DNA of 32,000 bases from Sorangium cellulosum So ce56 (GTDB lineage Bacteria > Myxococcota_A > Polyangia > Polyangiales > Polyangiaceae), in assembly GCF_000067165.1 (NCBI RefSeq), contig NC_010162.1, forward strand, positions 8,234,212 to 8,266,211. Direction: 5' to 3'. A program made the translations under genes and the position numbers. The stretch's first letter is position 1, and every line of letters begins with the position of its first letter. The notes below the pieces were generated by a model. The model saw only the letters and a program-made list of their open reading frames with translations, was not told where the DNA came from and did no database searches. Below are positions 27,160 through 32,000 of the stretch, piece by piece.

Positions 27160-28593
27160 TCACGCGCTCCGGCGCGCCACGATGGCCTGAAAGGATCGGC
27201 CCCTGAGCTCGTCCGGCGTGAGGCCGGTCCTCTCCGCCGCCTCGCCCTCCGTCATCGCCCCCGCGCCGATCGCGCGCAGGAAGAAGCCCAGGAGCCCCTG
27301 CCCCGTCGCGGCGTCGTCGAACACCGTCCCGGCGACGGTCGCCTGGGCGGCCCGCTCGACGAAGCTCCGCAGCCGCGCGGCGGCCGCATCGACGCCCTCC
27401 AGGAAGAACGCGTACGTGGCGGCGTAGCGGACCGGCAGCTCCGCGGGGTGGAGGTCCCAGCCCTGGTAGTAGCCGCCCTCGAGCGCGCGGCGAACCTGAC
27501 CGTACTTCAGCCGCCACGCGCCCACGACGGCGCGACGGTTCTCCTCGCTCTGCTGCGGCGTGAGCGGCGCGCCGCCGGGGCGCGCGCGGTGCGGGCCGAC
27601 GGGCAGGAGGTTGCTCGCGCCGTCGGAGAGCCAGAGCCCCGAGCCGGCCAGCGCGACCTGCATCACGTGCCGCGCGAAGTCGCACGCCGGGTGGGCGAGG
27701 TGCTGATGGGCGGCCGTGATCTCGCAGCTCGCGGTGTAGTCATAGGCCCCGAAGTGCGCCGCCACGCACCGCCCGCGGGCCGCCTCGACCAGCCCGGGCA
27801 GCGCGATCTCCCCGCGCGGGCCGAGGATCGACGCCGGCGTCTCGACCATCAGCTCGATCCGGATCGAGCCGGCCGGCAGCCGCAGCGCGCCCTCGAGCGC
27901 GTCGAGGGCGTCGGCCAGGGCGGCGACCTGCTCGGGCGCGACCACCTTCGGCAGCGTCACCGCGAAGGCGGGCGGGAGCGCGCCGCCCGACGCGGCGACG
28001 AGCGCCGAGAAGAAGACGTCGAGCGTCCTCAGGCTCCGCTCGGCGCACCCGTCGCCGAGCGGCTTGATCCTGATCCCGAGGAACGGAGGCAGGCTGCGCG
28101 CCGCCATGCCGAGGGCGACCTCGCGCGCGGCGGCGGCGGCGTGCGCGTCCTCCTCGTTTCCGGGGCGCACGCCGTAACCGTCCTCGAAATCGATGCGCAG
28201 GTCCTCCACGGGCTCGCGGCGGAGCTTGTCGAGCACGCGCGCGTGCACCGCGTGCGCGAGCCGCGCAGCCCCGGAGGCGCCCTCGGCCGCGCCTCCGCCC
28301 GCCTCGATCGCGGCCGCGAGCGCGAGGGCGTCGGCGCGCCCCTCCGGGAGCCCCTCGGCCCCAGGCAGGCCGATCGCCCGCGCGAAGGCGGCGAAGTCGG
28401 GCGCGTGCTCCTCGACGGCGCGGAGAGCCACCGCCCCGAGCTTCCGGGCCGTGTCGGCCTTGAACAGGTGGGCGCCGCCGTAGACGGTGTGGACCGGCTG
28501 GCGCGCGCCCGTGTGGTCGAAGACAGAACGCCCGCTGCGGAGGCGCGAGAGCGCGCCGCGCAGGGCTTCGGAGGAGAGGCTCGTCTGGAACAT
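27160..28593 (-). CDS. CitE/HpcH-aldolase / malate-synthase-like TIM-barrel protein of unknown specificity
   Basis: 477 aa, ending 57 nt upstream of uraH on the same strand. Its blocks occur in the order seen in CitE/HpcH-type lyases: LRIDFEDGYG (compare DLEDAV, or DFEDS of malate synthase A, from memory), GIRIKPL, TLPKVVAPEQVAAL, IELMVETPASIL and AHFGAYDYTASCEI. A ~170-aa helical C-terminal extension follows. The coding call is confident; the function is tentative. Confidence 0.7.
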   Translation of the reverse strand: MFQTSLSSEALRGALSRLRSGRSVFDHTGARQPVHTVYGGAHLFKADTARKLGAVALRAVEEHAPDFAAFARAIGLPGAEGLPEGRADALALAAAIEAGGGAAEGASGAARLAHAVHARVLDKLRREPVEDLRIDFEDGYGVRPGNEEDAHAAAAAREVALGMAARSLPPFLGIRIKPLGDGCAERSLRTLDVFFSALVAASGGALPPAFAVTLPKVVAPEQVAALADALDALEGALRLPAGSIRIELMVETPASILGPRGEIALPGLVEAARGRCVAAHFGAYDYTASCEITAAHQHLAHPACDFARHVMQVALAGSGLWLSDGASNLLPVGPHRARPGGAPLTPQQSEENRRAVVGAWRLKYGQVRRALEGGYYQGWDLHPAELPVRYAATYAFFLEGVDAAAARLRSFVERAAQATVAGTVFDDAATGQGLLGFFLRAIGAGAMTEGEAAERTGLTPDELRGRSFQAIVARRSA

Positions 28594-28766
28594 GGTGTGC
28601 CTTCAGCGGGTAGGGCGCACACGAGATGCCGCCTGACTCGGCACGTCAAGTGGCGCTCGCGCGCCTCGCGAGGAGGCGCCATGCTGCGACCCGCGCCGCT
28701 CGAGCGAGCGCGAGGAGCGCCGCGCGCAGCGCTCGGGGTGTATCCGTCGTTGGAGGACTTGAATCG

Positions 28767-31022
28767 ATGATGAGACGCCGAGACTTTCTTCGCGCCACCC
28801 TGGTGACCGCTGGTGCGGTGGTCGTGCCGACTGCCTGCTCCGATGATGGTGAAGCCACCGGCGCATGCGACGTGCACGAGGATGACGCGTTCTTCCCGCA
28901 GTCGGTGGCCTCCGGCGATCCGCGGCACGATAGCGTCGTGCTGTGGACCCGGCTCATCGATAGCAAGCAGCCGCAGTCGGATCTCAACCTGGCGCTCGTG
29001 GTCGCGCTCGACGAGGGGTTCACGCAGCTCGTGGTGCTCACACCGAGCTCCGACAACGTGGCCACGGCGGGATCGGGCAGCACGCAGCTCCGCGTGACCG
29101 CCCGGGCGGAGTCCGATCACTGCGTCAAGGTCAAGGTGAACGGCCTGAGCCCCGGCACCACGTACTATTACCGCTTCTACTACATGACAGGAGAAGGCTG
29201 CGTCAGCTCGCGCGTCGGGCGGACGCGGACGGCGCCCGCGCCGGACGCGGACGTGCCGGTGCGCTTCGCCTTCGTGTCCGGCCAGGACTACATCGGTCGT
29301 TACTACAACGCTTATGTGGCCCTGGCGAAAGAGGAGCTCGACTTCGTCGTCCACCTCGGGGGCTACATCTACGAGACGACCGGGAACCCGAGCCTCCAGG
29401 CGCCCCCGGGGCAGCGCGGCATCTCCTTCTCCGACGTGGACGGCGCCATCGCCTTCCAGCCGGCGGAGGGCGCGGCCTACCACGCCGCCAAGTCGCTGAG
29501 CAATTACCGGGAGCTCTACAAGGCGTACCGGTCCGACCGGGCGCTGCAGAGGGTCCACGAGCTCTTTCCCATGATCGCTGTCTGGGGCGATCACGAGTTC
29601 TCCGACGATTGTCACGGCGCGACGGCGACCTACCTGGACGGCCGAGAGCCGGAGACGGACGAGTACCGGCGCAAGGCGGCGAACCAGGCCTGGTTCGAGT
29701 ACATGCCGGCCGAATATCCGAATGATCCGAAGGGCGACGAGTTCCGCTACGACAGCGCGGTCGAGTACCCGGACGACATCACCATCTACCGGGACTTCCC
29801 GTTCGGGAAGCACGTCCACCTCGTGATGACGGATCTCCGCTCCTACCGCGCGGATCACCTGATCCCGGAGGACGCCTTCCCGGGGAAGGTCATCGTTCAG
29901 CAGCTGGAGCTCCTGGAGCTCGGGGAGAGCTCGACCAGCTTGCTGCCCTATACGAGCCGCTACATCCCGGACATCAACGGCGACAACTGGGATACCTACG
30001 AGACGGCGCTGGAGGATGCTGCGGACCTGTTCGACTTCGACCCGCTCCTCGGGTTCGCTCAGAACGAGTCGCCGCGCCCCATCAGCGCCAGCGTCGTCAA
30101 CGAGATCGTCGCGAAGCTGAACGAGCAGAGGCCAGAGGCCGAGCCGGTGCCCCTCATCAGCGCAACCGAGATGAGCTTCATGGACGTCGGGTTCGCCTAC
30201 GCCGATCTCGGAAAGACGGACTATTACAGCGCATTCGGGTCGCGTTACCTCGTCGTCAAGGAATCCTTCGACCCGATCTCGAGGCTCGCTGTCGAGGCCG
30301 ACGCGACGCGCGGGGTCGTCATGGGAGACGCGCAGAGAGCGTGGTTCAAGAAGACGATGGAGGAGTCCCGGAGCACCTGGAAGATATGGGGGAATGAATA
30401 CCCCCTTTCACAGCTCGTCCTCGCCCACACCACAGAGCCCGCCGAGCCCGAGCAGGAGCCGCTCACCCGGCACTTCTACCTGAGCTGTGACGGCTGGGAC
30501 GGCTTCCGCAAGGAACGGGACGAGCTCATCGAGATGCTCGCCACGGTCGAGGGCAACGTGGTGTCGATCACCGGCGATCTCGGCGCCTTCCTCGCAGGGA
30601 CGGCCGCTGTGGAGGGCGCCACGGCCAAGATCGTGGAGTTCGGCGGCGCCGCGATCTCGTCGGCCACGTGCCGCTCGGTGCTGACGAAGCAGCTGGCGAG
30701 CCATCCGACGCTGAAAGACGTCCTGGAGGCGGAGGACATCGACATCGACGACAGCATGCAGAAGGCCAATCCGTACCTTGCCTTCAGCAACGCCGCGAGC
30801 AACGGGTTCTGTATCGTCGAGGCGAACGCCGACGAGCTCGTCGTGAGCATGCACATGATCCCCGAAGGAGCGCTCGCCGCTCCCCTGTACGACGAGGCCG
30901 GCGCGGCGGCGCTCGACGAACAGATCACGATCGCGCGGTACAAGACGAGGGCGGCCGAGTCCGAGCTGTACTGGGAGGACGGGGGCACCTGGAAGCAGTG
31001 GATCCCGGACACCGCGAGCTAG
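28767..31022 (+). CDS. Tat-exported PhoD-like (alkaline phosphatase D family) protein, extended form
   Basis: Track ORF 28626..31022, trimmed to ATG 28767 (GGAGGA 9 nt upstream). The product starts MMRRRDFLRATLVTAGAVVVPTAC, a twin-arginine signal with a possible lipobox. The PhoD N-domain is FPQSVASGDPRHDSVVLWTRL. The metallophosphatase core is VRFAFVSGQDY, VVHLGGYIYE and AVWGDHEF. At 751 aa it is longer than typical PhoD. Confidence 0.85.
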   Translation: MMRRRDFLRATLVTAGAVVVPTACSDDGEATGACDVHEDDAFFPQSVASGDPRHDSVVLWTRLIDSKQPQSDLNLALVVALDEGFTQLVVLTPSSDNVATAGSGSTQLRVTARAESDHCVKVKVNGLSPGTTYYYRFYYMTGEGCVSSRVGRTRTAPAPDADVPVRFAFVSGQDYIGRYYNAYVALAKEELDFVVHLGGYIYETTGNPSLQAPPGQRGISFSDVDGAIAFQPAEGAAYHAAKSLSNYRELYKAYRSDRALQRVHELFPMIAVWGDHEFSDDCHGATATYLDGREPETDEYRRKAANQAWFEYMPAEYPNDPKGDEFRYDSAVEYPDDITIYRDFPFGKHVHLVMTDLRSYRADHLIPEDAFPGKVIVQQLELLELGESSTSLLPYTSRYIPDINGDNWDTYETALEDAADLFDFDPLLGFAQNESPRPISASVVNEIVAKLNEQRPEAEPVPLISATEMSFMDVGFAYADLGKTDYYSAFGSRYLVVKESFDPISRLAVEADATRGVVMGDAQRAWFKKTMEESRSTWKIWGNEYPLSQLVLAHTTEPAEPEQEPLTRHFYLSCDGWDGFRKERDELIEMLATVEGNVVSITGDLGAFLAGTAAVEGATAKIVEFGGAAISSATCRSVLTKQLASHPTLKDVLEAEDIDIDDSMQKANPYLAFSNAASNGFCIVEANADELVVSMHMIPEGALAAPLYDEAGAAALDEQITIARYKTRAAESELYWEDGGTWKQWIPDTAS

Positions 31023-31113
31023 GGCGCAGGATCCCATCGGCCGTGCTGGGCGGTCGGCGCTGCCGGCCAGCTCGGACGTCGGCACACGGCGCTGGGCACG
31101 AGCGACGGCGGCG

Positions 31114-32000
31114 CTAGCGCGCCAGCATCACCACGGTGCCGTCACGGCAGGCGATCGCCATCCGCTCCTCGCCGGCAGGGATGACGGCGACCGGCGCGGA
31201 GCAGACGCGCTCGGCCGCGATGGAGACATTGCCGTCCGCCTCGACGACGCCGGCGCGTCCGCCCGCGCGCACGAAGCCGACGCGGCCGGTGCGATCGATC
31301 ACCACCGGCGGGCTCGGCTTCGCGTCCACCGGGCCGAAGAAGCCGGAGAGCCCGCCGTCTGCGGGTGGGGACCCCGGAGGCCTGTCGATCGCGACCCGGA
31401 ACGCCAGGTCGCCCGACGCGTTGACCCCGAGGAGCAGCCCGGTCGTCGACAGGACCACGGCCAGGCCCCCGGCGCCGATGGCGGGCGGCCCGTCGAGCGC
31501 GCTGAAGGCCGCGCCGGCGCGGACCCCGGCGGTCCCTGTCGGCAGATCCAGCGCGACCAGGCGGCGGGCGTCGACGACCGCGAGCAGCGTGCGGGCGTCG
31601 GCGAGGGCAGCGCCGCGGCGAGGCACACCGCCGAGAGAGCCGAGCCGCCTCGGCGCGCCGGGCGGACGCCAGGTCAGCACCGCGCCCGACTCGGTGGTCA
31701 CGAGCGTGCCTTCAGGGCCCGCGAGCAAGGCGCCCGTCGCGCGATCCGCGATCTCGGCGCGGGCGCGCACGGTCCCGTCCGCGGCGAGCTCGACAAGGGA
31801 GCGCCCCAGGGCCGCCACGAGCCCGCCGTCGTCGAGCGCGAGGGGCGTCACGTCGGCGTCGCGCCCCCGGAGGCCGAGGGGGACGGCGAAGCGCACGCTC
31901 CCCGCAGGCGTGAGCCCGACGGCGACGCCGGACGAGGTGATCAGCGCGAGGGTGCCGTCGCTCGTGAGCACGGCGGGCGCGAGCGGCGCGCTGTCGCCGA
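31114..32000 (-). CDS. Gly/Ala/Val-rich repeat protein, probably beta-propeller-like (5' end beyond window)
   Basis: Track ORF 31114..31971 begins at an internal GTG, and the frame stays open to position 32000. Recurrent ~40-aa strand-like units (DGTLALITSSGVAVGL, DGGLVAALGRSLVEL, EGTLVTTESGAVLTW, RTLLAVVDARRLVAL, GGLAVVLSTTGLLLGV, GRVGFVRAGGRAGVV, RMAIACRDGTVVML) suggest PQQ/WD-like blades. No specific family was recognised. Confidence 0.55.
   Translation of the reverse strand, partial: GDSAPLAPAVLTSDGTLALITSSGVAVGLTPAGSVRFAVPLGLRGRDADVTPLALDDGGLVAALGRSLVELAADGTVRARAEIADRATGALLAGPEGTLVTTESGAVLTWRPPGAPRRLGSLGGVPRRGAALADARTLLAVVDARRLVALDLPTGTAGVRAGAAFSALDGPPAIGAGGLAVVLSTTGLLLGVNASGDLAFRVAIDRPPGSPPADGGLSGFFGPVDAKPSPPVVIDRTGRVGFVRAGGRAGVVEADGNVSIAAERVCSAPVAVIPAGEERMAIACRDGTVVMLAR

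Noticed and set aside
28029-29858. 609-aa ORF on the - strand bridging the CitE-like and PhoD-like genes.
   Set aside because: It crosses a divergent intergenic region and two motif-supported genes, with Arg/Val/Gly/His-rich composition and no domain signature.

Overview
Very GC-rich bacterial chromosomal DNA (roughly 70% by eye, not computed). Nearly every real gene has G/C at the third codon position, and each casts long Arg/Pro/Ala-rich shadow ORFs in other frames and on the opposite strand. The gene content suggests Myxococcota, possibly Sorangium or Polyangiaceae; this is an inference from a FrzS/AglZ-type pseudo-receiver coiled-coil protein, an RpoH-like extra sigma factor and a Gly-rich FGE-domain lipoprotein. 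I support about 27 protein genes and one RNA gene. Left to right they are: a window-edge hypothetical (-), punA-cdd (+), a 1087-aa pseudo-receiver/coiled-coil protein (-), pfk (-), a UPF0104-like membrane protein (+), an HtrA protease (-), proC (+), RNase P RNA rnpB (+) with a terminator, an RpoH-like sigma factor (-), an A-type Fe-S carrier (-), metH (+), a SAM methyltransferase (+), a GST-like protein (-), a DUF3025-like protein (-), a ferredoxin-MBL fusion (+), allantoinase (+), an allantoicase-OHCU decarboxylase fusion (+), a CHRD protein (-), an untracked 38-aa membrane peptide (+), an FGE-domain lipoprotein (-), HIU hydrolase (-), a CitE/malate-synthase-like protein (-), a Tat-exported PhoD-like protein (+) and a partial beta-propeller-like protein (-). 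I found no transposase, integrase, prophage, CRISPR array or recognisable defence or toxin module, so most of the window is core metabolism. Two things deserve the closest look. First, 22 strictly phased 33-bp (11-residue) repeats, 21 starting Glu-His and one Ala-His, sit inside the coiled-coil protein. Second, a split uric-acid/ureide catabolic locus at 20.2-28.6 kb has no recognisable urate oxidase or ureidoglycolate lyase but carries several uncharacterised or oddly fused genes. All functional calls rest on motif recognition by eye and none was confirmed by a search.
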